A stretch of 64,000 nucleotides of DNA from positions 5,391,436 to 5,455,435 of the forward strand of contig OZ241882.1 in the NCBI GenBank assembly GCA_965203255.1. The letters are read 5' to 3'. The translations under genes were made by a program, and so were the position numbers. This document shows, in pieces, positions 8,806 through 17,904 of this stretch. The DNA is from Paracoccaceae bacterium (lineage in GTDB: Bacteria; Pseudomonadota; Alphaproteobacteria; Rhodobacterales; Rhodobacteraceae). How positions within the stretch are numbered: position 1 is the stretch's first letter; the number at the start of each line of letters is the position of its first letter. The notes under the pieces are model-generated. The model was not told the DNA's origin. It made no database searches and was given only the letters and a program-made list of their open reading frames with translations.

Positions 8806-10194
8806 ATGCAGTACATCTCGACCCGGGGCGGTACCCCCGGACTGACATTCGAAGAGGCGGTGCTGTCTGGGCTTGCCCGTGACGGCGGTCTCTATCTTCC
8901 GTGCACGATCCCGCACATGGATGCCTGGGACATTGCAGCACTCGCAGGGCAGCCGTACGAGGAAGTCGCGTATCGGGTGATGCGCCCGTTCATAGGAGAG
9001 AGCTTCACGGAGGATGAAGTCAGGGCACTTGTGGCTCGTGCTTACAGAGGCTTCCGGCACGAAGCACGTGCCCCTCTGATCCAACTTGGCCCCAATCATT
9101 TCCTGCTGGAGCTTTTTCATGGGCCGACCCTGGCGTTCAAGGACTTTGCGATGCAGTTCATCGGCCAACTGTTTCAGGCTGTTCTGGATCGGAGGGGGGA
9201 GAAGATCACGATCGTGGGGGCCACATCGGGAGACACAGGTTCCGCTGCCATGGAAGCGTTCAGGGGGCTTTCGGCAGTCAACGTTTTCATCCTTTTTCCG
9301 CATGGCCGCGTCTCCGAAGTCCAACGCCGTCAGATGACCGTCCATTCAGAGGAAAACGTCCATGCGCTCGCGCTTCACGGGGACTTCGATGATTGCCAGG
9401 CACGGGTCAAGGACATGTTCAATGACTTCCGCTTTCGGGATGGTGTGCGGCTCGCAGCGGTCAACTCAATAAACTGGGCGCGGATCCTCGCACAGGTCGT
9501 ATACTACTTCACTGCCGCCATCGCGCTTGGCGCACCGCACCGCTCGATTGATTTCACCGTCCCGACCGGCAACTTCGGCGACATTTTCGCCGGCTGGGTC
9601 GCAAGGCGTATGGGACTGCCTATGGGGCGTCTGGTGATAGCCACCAACCAGAACGATATCCTCCATAGGACGTTGGCTACGGGCGAACACTTCAAACTCG
9701 GGGTGAGCCCGTCGGTTAGCCCATCGATGGACATTCAGGTCAGTTCCAATTTTGAGCGCGCTCTTTATTTTGCCTACGGCGAGGACGCTGCTGCGGTTAC
9801 GCGGGACATGGAGGCCTTGGCGTCGGATGCTGGCTTCACGGTCAGCCAGGGAGCGCTGGAGGTTCTTCGTGAGGCGTTTTCGTCAGGCCGCGCCAACGAG
9901 ACCGAGACGGTCGGAACCATTGCCGCGCAGTATCGGGCCAACGGCGTGACCGTCTGTCCGCACACCGCTGTCGGCGTTAAGGTCGCTGAAGAGTGCCTTG
10001 GGTCGAATCCAATGGTTACGCTCGCCACGGCCCATCCGGCGAAGTTTCCGGACGTGGTCGAATCCGCGATAGGTTTTCGTCCCCCCTTGCCACCGCATAT
10101 GGCAAACCTCTATTCCCGTTCGGAACGCGTGACCGAGGTCTCCAACGACCTTGCTGCGCTCAAGAAACTCATCTGGAGGCGCGTTTCCAAGTGA
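8806..10194 (+). CDS. thrC: Threonine synthase
   Basis: 462 aa. MQYISTRGG...GLARDGGLYLP N-terminus, and a PLP-lysine context FHGPTLAFKDFAM. Confidence 0.95.
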   Translation: MQYISTRGGTPGLTFEEAVLSGLARDGGLYLPCTIPHMDAWDIAALAGQPYEEVAYRVMRPFIGESFTEDEVRALVARAYRGFRHEARAPLIQLGPNHFLLELFHGPTLAFKDFAMQFIGQLFQAVLDRRGEKITIVGATSGDTGSAAMEAFRGLSAVNVFILFPHGRVSEVQRRQMTVHSEENVHALALHGDFDDCQARVKDMFNDFRFRDGVRLAAVNSINWARILAQVVYYFTAAIALGAPHRSIDFTVPTGNFGDIFAGWVARRMGLPMGRLVIATNQNDILHRTLATGEHFKLGVSPSVSPSMDIQVSSNFERALYFAYGEDAAAVTRDMEALASDAGFTVSQGALEVLREAFSSGRANETETVGTIAAQYRANGVTVCPHTAVGVKVAEECLGSNPMVTLATAHPAKFPDVVESAIGFRPPLPPHMANLYSRSERVTEVSNDLAALKKLIWRRVSK

Positions 10195-11453
10195 CGGTCT
10201 TTCTTCACGAACTCTCAAATGGTTTCCGCATTGTTTCCGAGCGGATGCCGGGTCTGAAATCTGCTGCTCTGGGCATATGGGTCATGGCGGGTGGTCGACA
10301 CGAACGGGTCGACCAGAACGGTATCGCCCATTTCCTTGAACATATGGCGTTCAAGGGTACGGAGCGGCGAACCGGACGGCAGATAGCCGAAGACATCGAG
10401 GATGTCGGAGGATATATCAACGCCTATACCTCGCGCGAGATCACGGCGTATTTCGCTCGCGTCCTGGAGGAGGATGTCGCCCTCGCGCTTGACGTGATTT
10501 CTGACATTGTCCTGAATCCGGTGTTTGACGAAGCTGAAATCGAGGTCGAGCGGGGTGTGATCCTGCAGGAAATCGGTCAGGTCCATGACACGCCGGACGA
10601 CGTGATCTTCGACTGGCTTCAGGAGGTCGCTTACCCTGGGCAGCCTCTAGGCCGCACGATCCTTGGTCCTTCGGAATACGTAAGGGGTTTCGCCCGCGAG
10701 GATCTTTCTGGCTTTGTCGCGGAGCATTACGCCCCGGAAAAGATGATTCTCGCTGTCGCTGGCGCAATCGATCACGATGCGGTTATCGGATTGGCTGAAA
10801 GGCTGTTCGGGCATCTGCCGCGCGGCAGGAGCAGATGTGTCGAGCCCGCCAGCTTCGCCGGGGGCGAGCGGTTGGAGGTCAGGCCACTGGAGCAGGCGCA
10901 TTTCGCGCTCGGATATGAGGTTCCCGGCTATAGGGATGATGATTTCCACACGGCACAGGTTCATGCCTCTGTACTTGGCGGAGGCATGTCGTCCCGCCTG
11001 TTCCAGGAACTTCGTGAAAGGCGTGGTCTATGCTATTCGGTTTCGGCGCAGGCAGGTTTTTACGCGGATACCGGTCTGGCCACGATCTATGCGGGAACTT
11101 CGGCTGACCAGATTGGCGAACTGGCGCTGCTCACTATCGACGAATTGAAGCGCGCTTCTGTTGACATGACGGAACCTGAGGTGGCGAGAGCCCGCGCACA
11201 GATGAAGGCTGGACTCCTGATGGGGCTTGAGAGTCCGTCCGCCCGGGCGGAACGGATGGCACGTCTTGTCTCCATCTGGGGCAGAGTGCCTGACATTGAG
11301 GAGACTCTTGCGAGAATCGACTCGGTGACGGCGGCAGGCGTGCAGGGATTCGCGAGCCGTATACAGACGACGGCGCGGCCTGCGCTTGCCATGTATGGTC
11401 CGGTCGACGGAGCCCCGCGTCTGGATGAGTTGCGGGAGAGGCTTGCAGCCTGA
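10191..11453 (+). CDS. M16 family zinc peptidase (MPP/PqqL-like)
   Basis: Inverted zinc motif HFLEHMAFKGT. The GTG start at 10191 overlaps the thrC stop. The annotated ORF start at 9993 lies inside thrC and is unlikely. Confidence 0.9.
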   Translation: MTVFLHELSNGFRIVSERMPGLKSAALGIWVMAGGRHERVDQNGIAHFLEHMAFKGTERRTGRQIAEDIEDVGGYINAYTSREITAYFARVLEEDVALALDVISDIVLNPVFDEAEIEVERGVILQEIGQVHDTPDDVIFDWLQEVAYPGQPLGRTILGPSEYVRGFAREDLSGFVAEHYAPEKMILAVAGAIDHDAVIGLAERLFGHLPRGRSRCVEPASFAGGERLEVRPLEQAHFALGYEVPGYRDDDFHTAQVHASVLGGGMSSRLFQELRERRGLCYSVSAQAGFYADTGLATIYAGTSADQIGELALLTIDELKRASVDMTEPEVARARAQMKAGLLMGLESPSARAERMARLVSIWGRVPDIEETLARIDSVTAAGVQGFASRIQTTARPALAMYGPVDGAPRLDELRERLAA

Positions 11454-12037
11454 TGTTGGCCCGTCGCCGTCAGGTCCGTCTGGTAACGGAACGGCTTGTC
11501 CTTCGCCCTCCAAGGCACTCTGACTTCCGTCCCTGGGCGGATCTCCGGCACGGTAGTCGCGAGTTCCTGACGCCGTGGGAGCCGGTCTGGTCACGCGAAC
11601 ACCTGACCCGCAAGTCGTTTTCCGATCGCGTCTACTGGGCGCAGCGTTCAATCACCGATGGCGACGCCGTGCCGCTCTTCCTGATTCGGCGGGACGACGA
11701 TGTACTTCTGGGAGCTGTAACACTCGAGAACATCCGACGTGGCCCCGCGCAATCCGGAACGCTTGGATACTGGATTGGCGATCCGTTTGCCCGTCGTGGC
11801 TTTATGCATGAAGCTATAGACGCTGTGGTGCACTACGCTTTCGCGATGCTGGATATTTCGCGTATCGAAGCGGCCTGCCTGCCGGAAAACGTCGCCTCGC
11901 GACGTGTTCTTGAAAAGTCTGGCTTCAAGTATGAAGGGGTTGCGCAGAGCTATCTGCAGATCAACGGCAGATGGAGAAACCATGTGCTATATGCGAACCT
12001 TCGCCCTGACCGACGGGGTAGAACGGAGGTTGGATAG
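11453..12037 (+). CDS. GNAT family N-acetyltransferase (RimJ/RimL-like)
   Basis: 194 aa. The pattern GYWIGDPFARRGFMHEAIDAVVHYAF...ENVASRRVLEKSGFKYEG is typical of Acetyltransf_3. Confidence 0.85.
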   Translation: MLARRRQVRLVTERLVLRPPRHSDFRPWADLRHGSREFLTPWEPVWSREHLTRKSFSDRVYWAQRSITDGDAVPLFLIRRDDDVLLGAVTLENIRRGPAQSGTLGYWIGDPFARRGFMHEAIDAVVHYAFAMLDISRIEAACLPENVASRRVLEKSGFKYEGVAQSYLQINGRWRNHVLYANLRPDRRGRTEVG

Positions 12038-12331
12038 CATGGGCTTTCTTCATTTCCGTTTGCCATGCTGGTTTCAGGCGGGTCGGCTAATGGTTTGGCG
12101 GTAGCATCCAAAGCCTGTGAAGCGGTTTCCGAATTCTGCGCGATCGAAAGAGTGAATTGGCCTTAAATGGAGGTCGATCAACGAATGTCCCGGGACCGTA
12201 CCAATGATGGGGCGCCGGACCGCTCCCTTAGGTGTTTGGTCGCCTTGCGCCTTTTCCGTCGCCTGTTAATGTGGAGCAATGATCGTTGCAGCGCGAAACC
12301 ATATGATGATTCAGAACAGGGATGGCGGAAT

Positions 12332-12805
12332 ATGATCATCCAGAAGGGCAAAATGCGCCCAATTCGGATGACTTCATCCCAGAAGCGCGACGTTCGCACC
12401 CAGTTTGGCGCACTCTGCTATCGCGTTGTTGATGACAGGCTACAGGTGCTGCTGATCACCAGTCGTGGGACAGGACGCTGGATCCTGCCGAAAGGGTGGC
12501 CAATGCCCGGGGCAACTCCCGTAGAGGCTGCGATGCGGGAAGCATGGGAGGAAGCGGGTGTCATAGGCAGAGCGGGAGGCAATTGCCTGGGACTCTATTC
12601 CTACATTAAACGTGACCATGCTGGGCGCTTGCCTTGCGTGGTTGCTGTATTCGCGGTAAAGGTCCAGTCGTTGAGGCATGATTTCCCGGAAGCGGGGCAG
12701 AGGAACCGAAAGTGGTTTTCCCGGAAGAAAGCCGCAAAGTTGCTCGGGGAACCGGAGCTACGGCGATTGGTTCTAGCATTTGACCCTCGTAGTGCCGGTC
12801 GCTGA
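12332..12805 (+). CDS. NUDIX hydrolase
   Basis: Nudix box GRWILPKGWPMPGATPVEAAMREAWEEAGV. Start chosen at the internal ATG at 12332. Confidence 0.8.
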   Translation: MIIQKGKMRPIRMTSSQKRDVRTQFGALCYRVVDDRLQVLLITSRGTGRWILPKGWPMPGATPVEAAMREAWEEAGVIGRAGGNCLGLYSYIKRDHAGRLPCVVAVFAVKVQSLRHDFPEAGQRNRKWFSRKKAAKLLGEPELRRLVLAFDPRSAGR

Positions 12806-12871
12806 TATGACCTTGAGCATCCGCTGGCTTCCGCAGTGGAATTCGGTGAAGGATTTGGGGATGGTCCACAT

Positions 12872-13330
12872 ATGATCCGATATGCCCTGAAGTGTGGTCA
12901 GAACCACGAGTTCGAGAGTTGGTTCGCTACCGCTGAGGCATTCGACAAGCTGCGGAGCAGCGGCATGATTTCGTGTCCAGTCTGCGATTCCGATCAGATC
13001 GAAAAGGCTATGATGGCCCCAGGCGTTCGTCCATCCCGTGCCAAGGCACAGCCTTCCGGGCCGGAGACTGTTTCCCAGGAGAGCCAGGTCTCATTGAAGG
13101 AGCCAATGTCAGAACTCGAGGCGAATTTGGCGAAATTGCGTCAGCACGTGGAGAAAAACTCTGACTATGTGGGCCTCAGTTTTGCGAAAGAGGCGCGGAA
13201 AATGCATGATGGGGAAATCCCTCATCGTTCGATCTATGGCGAGGCGCATCGGGATGAGGCGAGAAAACTCGTGGAAGATGGCGTTCCGGTTGCGCCGTTG
13301 CCGTTTCTGCCGAGCCGAAAGGCGAACTGA
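12872..13330 (+). CDS. DUF1178 family zinc-ribbon protein
   Basis: MIRYALKCGQNHEFESWF...CPVCDS is the DUF1178 N-terminal signature. Confidence 0.75.
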   Translation: MIRYALKCGQNHEFESWFATAEAFDKLRSSGMISCPVCDSDQIEKAMMAPGVRPSRAKAQPSGPETVSQESQVSLKEPMSELEANLAKLRQHVEKNSDYVGLSFAKEARKMHDGEIPHRSIYGEAHRDEARKLVEDGVPVAPLPFLPSRKAN

Positions 13331-13758
13331 GCATCTGTCAACCGTGAATTGCTGATTGTCATTTGACGTCGCGTCAGGAACCGATCGGACTCCCTTTCAC
13401 TAAGGTCGAAAGAACTTCATTTGCCCGGCCCCGCCCGATGATTTTCCGCTCCCCTTGCGCCTTGGAGGTCGGGCGATCGTAGCTAACGGAATCGATTGTG
13501 ACATCGAAGAAGAGGGTTGCCTGCGGTTCTCTGGCTCGCAAGACGATAATGGAGGGCCACCGATAACCTGTTCAGCAAGTTGCGTAACCAGCCAGTTGTA
13601 GGCGGCAAGCGACAGTTCGACTGCCAGATCCGATGGGGCCGTCAACGATTTCGATGCCGGGAACGCGGCTTCGGCATTCCCTCTCAGACCAACGTGTTGA
13701 AGAGGTCGGTTGCGTCGGTGAAGTCGTTTGCGGTCGATCTCAATACCATTGCCACGTG

Positions 13759-14871
13759 TCAGGCCCTGCTCACGGGAATTCGAGCAAGAACTTCAGCGGT
13801 GACCGTGCGGGTTCCCATGTCACCGCCGAATTCCATCGGACGGATCGCGTTTGCAGCAAAACCTGCTTCAACGGCATGTTCGACGTGCCGCGCGGCGTTC
13901 GTGAACCGCGTGTCGCTCGACTTTTCGCCGAGATAGTCAAGCATCAGCGCTGAGGAAAGAATCGCTGCCAGCGGATTGGCCCTGTCTTGGCCCATGATGT
14001 CTGGCGCGGAGCCGTGGGCGGGTTGGAAGAGACCGATCCTGTCTCCGATCTCAGCGCAGGCCGCCATGCCAATACCGCCAACCAGACCACCTGCGAGATC
14101 GGAAAGGATGTCACCAAACATGTTTTCCATGACCATTACATCATAGTCCCAGGGGTTTCGGATCAGGTTCAAAGCTTGTGCATCGACATAACAGTAGCCG
14201 GTTCCGACATCTGGATATTTGGGTGCGATCTCGTCGTAGATCTTTCGGAAGAAGGCCATGGATTCGAAGACATTGGCCTTGTCGACGCAGGTCAGCTGCC
14301 CCGGTCTGCCGCGCGCCTTTCGCTTCCTGGCCAGCCTGAACCCAAAATGCATTAGTTTTTCGGTGGTCGTTCTTGTGACCCTAAGAGTATCGCGAACCTC
14401 AGCGTCTCCTATGACGTCCGCTCGCTTATGGACGGCCGCAGAATAAAAGAGACCTTCCGTCGATTCCCGCAGAACAACCATGTCAATTCCAGCTGCACGC
14501 GGGTCGGCCAATCGCTGAGGCACGTTCGGATAGGCTTTGACCGGTCGAACTCCGGCATAGAGCCCGTACATATCCCTGAGTCTCAAGTGCGGGCTGATCT
14601 CCGTACCATCTGCATGTCGGACCGATGGCAGGCCGATTGCCCCCAGAAACACGGCATCTGCCTCTCCAACGCGCACTTCACCTCCGGGCTCGATGTCCTG
14701 CCCCGTTTCATCAAAATATCCCGCGCCAGCCCGGATCTCGTCATAGGCCAGCTTTGGGGCACACGCGGCCGCAACCGCCGCATCAACAACTGTGATCGTC
14801 GCCTCAGTTACGTCCACCCCGATGCCATCGCCCTTGATTAGCGCAACCTTCATTTGGCGATCGTCCTTCAA
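13759..14871 (-). CDS. Isocitrate/isopropylmalate/tartrate dehydrogenase family oxidative decarboxylase
   Basis: KVALIKGDGIGVDV N-terminus, and NMFGDILSDLAGGLVGGIGMA, which is the family signature. Confidence 0.85.
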   Translation of the reverse strand: MKDDRQMKVALIKGDGIGVDVTEATITVVDAAVAAACAPKLAYDEIRAGAGYFDETGQDIEPGGEVRVGEADAVFLGAIGLPSVRHADGTEISPHLRLRDMYGLYAGVRPVKAYPNVPQRLADPRAAGIDMVVLRESTEGLFYSAAVHKRADVIGDAEVRDTLRVTRTTTEKLMHFGFRLARKRKARGRPGQLTCVDKANVFESMAFFRKIYDEIAPKYPDVGTGYCYVDAQALNLIRNPWDYDVMVMENMFGDILSDLAGGLVGGIGMAACAEIGDRIGLFQPAHGSAPDIMGQDRANPLAAILSSALMLDYLGEKSSDTRFTNAARHVEHAVEAGFAANAIRPMEFGGDMGTRTVTAEVLARIPVSRA

Positions 14872-15437
14872 ATGCGGGTCTCCCCATGCCTCATGACAGA
14901 GGGGAAGTCGTCGTCTCCCAATCCATGTCGACTCTGTCCTCGGGAGTTTTCATGATGTTACCTTGACTTGGGTGGTTCGCTTCCGCATCGCGATCAGGTC
15001 GTGCGCCAGACGGAAGTCCTTCTGGAGAAACTTGAGCAAAAGGAGTGCCGAGAACTCACCGTCACGAATGCGGCGCACGCGGTACTCAAACAACCTAACG
15101 TTCTTCCCAAAGCGCGAATCGGGGAATTGTACCCGAGGGCCAGGATGGAGCAAGATCCGGAATTCCCGAGCGCCTTTAGGGTTCACTGCCTGTCTTCGGG
15201 GCTCCAAAGGGTTTCCCGCGCATAATGGAAACGCAGACCGGGCGAAATCCCGCCTCCCTGTTGAGTTCCCCGGATAACGGCCGGGTTCCATTTGGCTAAC
15301 GGATCCAGATACGGGCGTCTGCACCCCGCCGTGGACCTGACGAGCGCGACGGTCGGTGGCTCCTTCAGGCCGATCCTCGTAGGATGGCGGGCGGCCCGCC
15401 AAAGTCGGGTGGCCTGATCTGGACGAAGTAACGCCCA

Positions 15438-16409
15438 TCAGAGCTGGGGAACGCCGCCGCCGAGCACTTGATGATACCAGTCAGTGTCGATGTTTCCTCC
15501 ACTGAGGATCACCGCCACCTTCCTGTCGGCCATTGTGTCCCGTTCCTGCAGCAACGCCGCAAGGGATGCCGCGCCGGCTCCCTCGGCAAGGTTGTGGGTA
15601 TCACGAAAATACATCCGTATGGCCTCCGATATCTCCTCATCGGTGACTGCGACGATCCGTTCAGCGCCGCGCCCTAATATTGCAATCGCCTCTGGTACGG
15701 GCACCCGAACGGCAATGCCGTCAGCAAAGGTTTCACAGGAATTCGTCTCGACCATCCTGCCCTTCTCGACCGATAGTTTCGCCGTTTGGGCGGCGGATGA
15801 TACGACGCCCACAACCCTGGTCGCCAAACCGAGTGCGTCCCTTGCAAGGATGGTGCCGCAGATACCCGAGCCGCAGCCTATGGGAACGTAGACCGTGTCG
15901 AGATCGGGCACTGCCGAGAGCAGTTCGAATCCATATGTGGCGACTCCGCGCACCAGTTCCCGATGGAAGGGTGGCACGGTCACGAGGCCCTCCGCTGCGG
16001 CGACACGAAACGCCTCCTCCCTGGCTGTATCGAAGTCCTCGCCGAACTCCACGAGCGTTGCACCATGGGCCCGCATCGCTGCGTTCTTTTCCACTGAATT
16101 GCCATGTGGTACATATATCCTTGCGCTCAGCCCGACCGCCTGAGCTGCCCGCGCCTGACTTTGCCCGTGATTGCCGCGGGTGGCGGTGCAGATGCCGCGG
16201 GCTTCCGGATGGTTCCGTAATACCCAATCGATGAAGGCTATTCCGCCGCGCACCTTGAATGAACCGGTCGGGGCATGATTCTCGTGCTTGACCCATACCT
16301 CGCAGCCCAGTCGCTGACTGAGCTGTGGCCAGGCGATCTGAGGTGTGGGTTGCATATGGCTGTAGACCGTCCCGCAAGCTTCCTCCAGTTCGTGAATTGC
16401 AAGATCCAT
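15438..16409 (-). CDS. PLP-dependent threonine/serine ammonia-lyase (threonine dehydratase family)
   Basis: PLP-lysine motif GSFKVRGG, and the GCGSGICG glycine loop. Start chosen at the ATG at 16409 (MDLAIHE...). Confidence 0.85.
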   Translation of the reverse strand: MDLAIHELEEACGTVYSHMQPTPQIAWPQLSQRLGCEVWVKHENHAPTGSFKVRGGIAFIDWVLRNHPEARGICTATRGNHGQSQARAAQAVGLSARIYVPHGNSVEKNAAMRAHGATLVEFGEDFDTAREEAFRVAAAEGLVTVPPFHRELVRGVATYGFELLSAVPDLDTVYVPIGCGSGICGTILARDALGLATRVVGVVSSAAQTAKLSVEKGRMVETNSCETFADGIAVRVPVPEAIAILGRGAERIVAVTDEEISEAIRMYFRDTHNLAEGAGAASLAALLQERDTMADRKVAVILSGGNIDTDWYHQVLGGGVPQL

Positions 16410-16516
16410 TGTCTTTCCGATCGAGGTTGCCCGAAGTTGCCGACGCTTGTATGCCGCAAGGAGGTTGATATGAAGCGCACGTTTAACGGTGTATCGGAAG
16501 GCGGAGCAATCCATCA

Positions 16517-17755
16517 ATGCCGATTCTGGTGATGAAATTCGGTGGCACTTCAGTCGCCTCTCTCGACAGGATCCGCAGCGCCGCGGAGAGGATTAAGCGC
16601 GAAGTCGCCAACGGATTTGACACGATCGTCATTGTTTCGGCGATGGCCGATGAGACTGACAGGTTGGTCAATCTCGTCAAGGAAACCGGCCAGTTCTTCG
16701 ACGCCCGCGAATATGATGCGGTGGTAAGTTCAGGCGAGAACGTTTCGGCTGGGTTGTTGGCACTCACGCTACAGGAAATGAATGTTCCCGCACGATCTTG
16801 GCACGGTTGGCAGGTCCCGCTGAGGACCACTGGTGTTCATGCGGCCGCGAGAATCGAGGAGGTCCCCACTCACAAAATCCTCGCGAAGTTTCGTGAAGGC
16901 ATGAAGGTCGCTGTGGTGGCGGGGTTTCAGGGGATCGGTCCGGACGGTCGGGTCACCACACTTGGACGGGGTGGATCCGACACAACCGCGGTGGCCTTCG
17001 CTGCGGCGTTCGGTGCCGAGCGCTGCGATATCTACACGGATGTGGATGGCGTATATACGACGGATCCCCGCATTTCGGTCAAGGCGCGGAAGCTCGACCG
17101 CATTGCGTTCGAGGAGATGCTTGAACTGGCGTCGCTCGGAGCCAAGGTCCTGCAGTCGCGGTCGGTCGAACTGGCAATGCGCCACGGGGTGAGCCTCAGG
17201 GTGCTGTCGAGTTTTGGCGAGACGGACGATAGTTCGGGAACCTACGTATGCGACGAGGAGGAAATCGTGGAGAGCAATGTTGTGGCCGGCGTGGCCTATA
17301 GCCGGGATGAAGCGAAACTGACGCTGGTTTCGGTTGCTGATCGGCCCGGAGTTGCCGCGGCGATTTTCGGGCCGCTGGCGGAGGCTGGCGTGAACGTGGA
17401 CATGATCGTGCAGAACATCTCGGAAGAGGGTCGCACGGACCTGACGTTTTCATGTCCCATCGACCAGGTGGCACGGGCGAGGAAGGCGATAGAGGCGGCA
17501 AGGTCGGACGGCAGGATCAACTTCCACGATCTTCTTGCCGATACGGATGTCTGTAAGGTATCGGTTGTCGGTATTGGGATGCGCAGCCATGCCGGCGTCG
17601 CCGCAAAGATGTTCGAGGCCCTAGCGCGCGAGAACATTAACATCGAGGTAATCACCACTTCCGAAATCAAGATATCGGTGTTGATTGACCGCAAGTACCT
17701 CGAGCTTGCCGTTCAGGCCCTGCATGACTGGTTCGGTCTGGAAAAGGCTGCCTGA
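16517..17755 (+). CDS. lysC: Aspartate kinase
   Basis: VMKFGGTSV N-terminus, GRGGSDTTAVAFAAA, and two C-terminal ACT-like repeats. Confidence 0.95.
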   Translation: MPILVMKFGGTSVASLDRIRSAAERIKREVANGFDTIVIVSAMADETDRLVNLVKETGQFFDAREYDAVVSSGENVSAGLLALTLQEMNVPARSWHGWQVPLRTTGVHAAARIEEVPTHKILAKFREGMKVAVVAGFQGIGPDGRVTTLGRGGSDTTAVAFAAAFGAERCDIYTDVDGVYTTDPRISVKARKLDRIAFEEMLELASLGAKVLQSRSVELAMRHGVSLRVLSSFGETDDSSGTYVCDEEEIVESNVVAGVAYSRDEAKLTLVSVADRPGVAAAIFGPLAEAGVNVDMIVQNISEEGRTDLTFSCPIDQVARARKAIEAARSDGRINFHDLLADTDVCKVSVVGIGMRSHAGVAAKMFEALARENINIEVITTSEIKISVLIDRKYLELAVQALHDWFGLEKAA

Positions 17756-17904
17756 TACGGATCGAATTGCTTCTGTCGGCGTGTTGCCATGCCAGGAAAC
17801 TCGCCGCAGGTTTGCGGCGACCGATTGCCGATGTTGGCCCGTCCGGAAGGCGGCAAATTCCGTTTTCCTCTAGCTGGCCATATGTTCTAATGAACAGCTG
17901 ACAG

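Noticed and set aside
13400-13645. 81-aa minus-strand ORF downstream of the isopropylmalate-dehydrogenase-like gene.
   Set aside because: It has no RBS, motif or coupling, and the C-terminal half is low-complexity.
14950-15438. 162-aa minus-strand ORF between the dehydrogenase and the threonine dehydratase. Its last ~60 aa look protein-like (GKNVRLFEYRVRRIRDGEFSALLLLKFLQKDFRLAHDLIAMRK).
   Set aside because: The N-terminal two-thirds is low-complexity and no family is recognised. It could be a short real gene or a remnant, so I left it unannotated.
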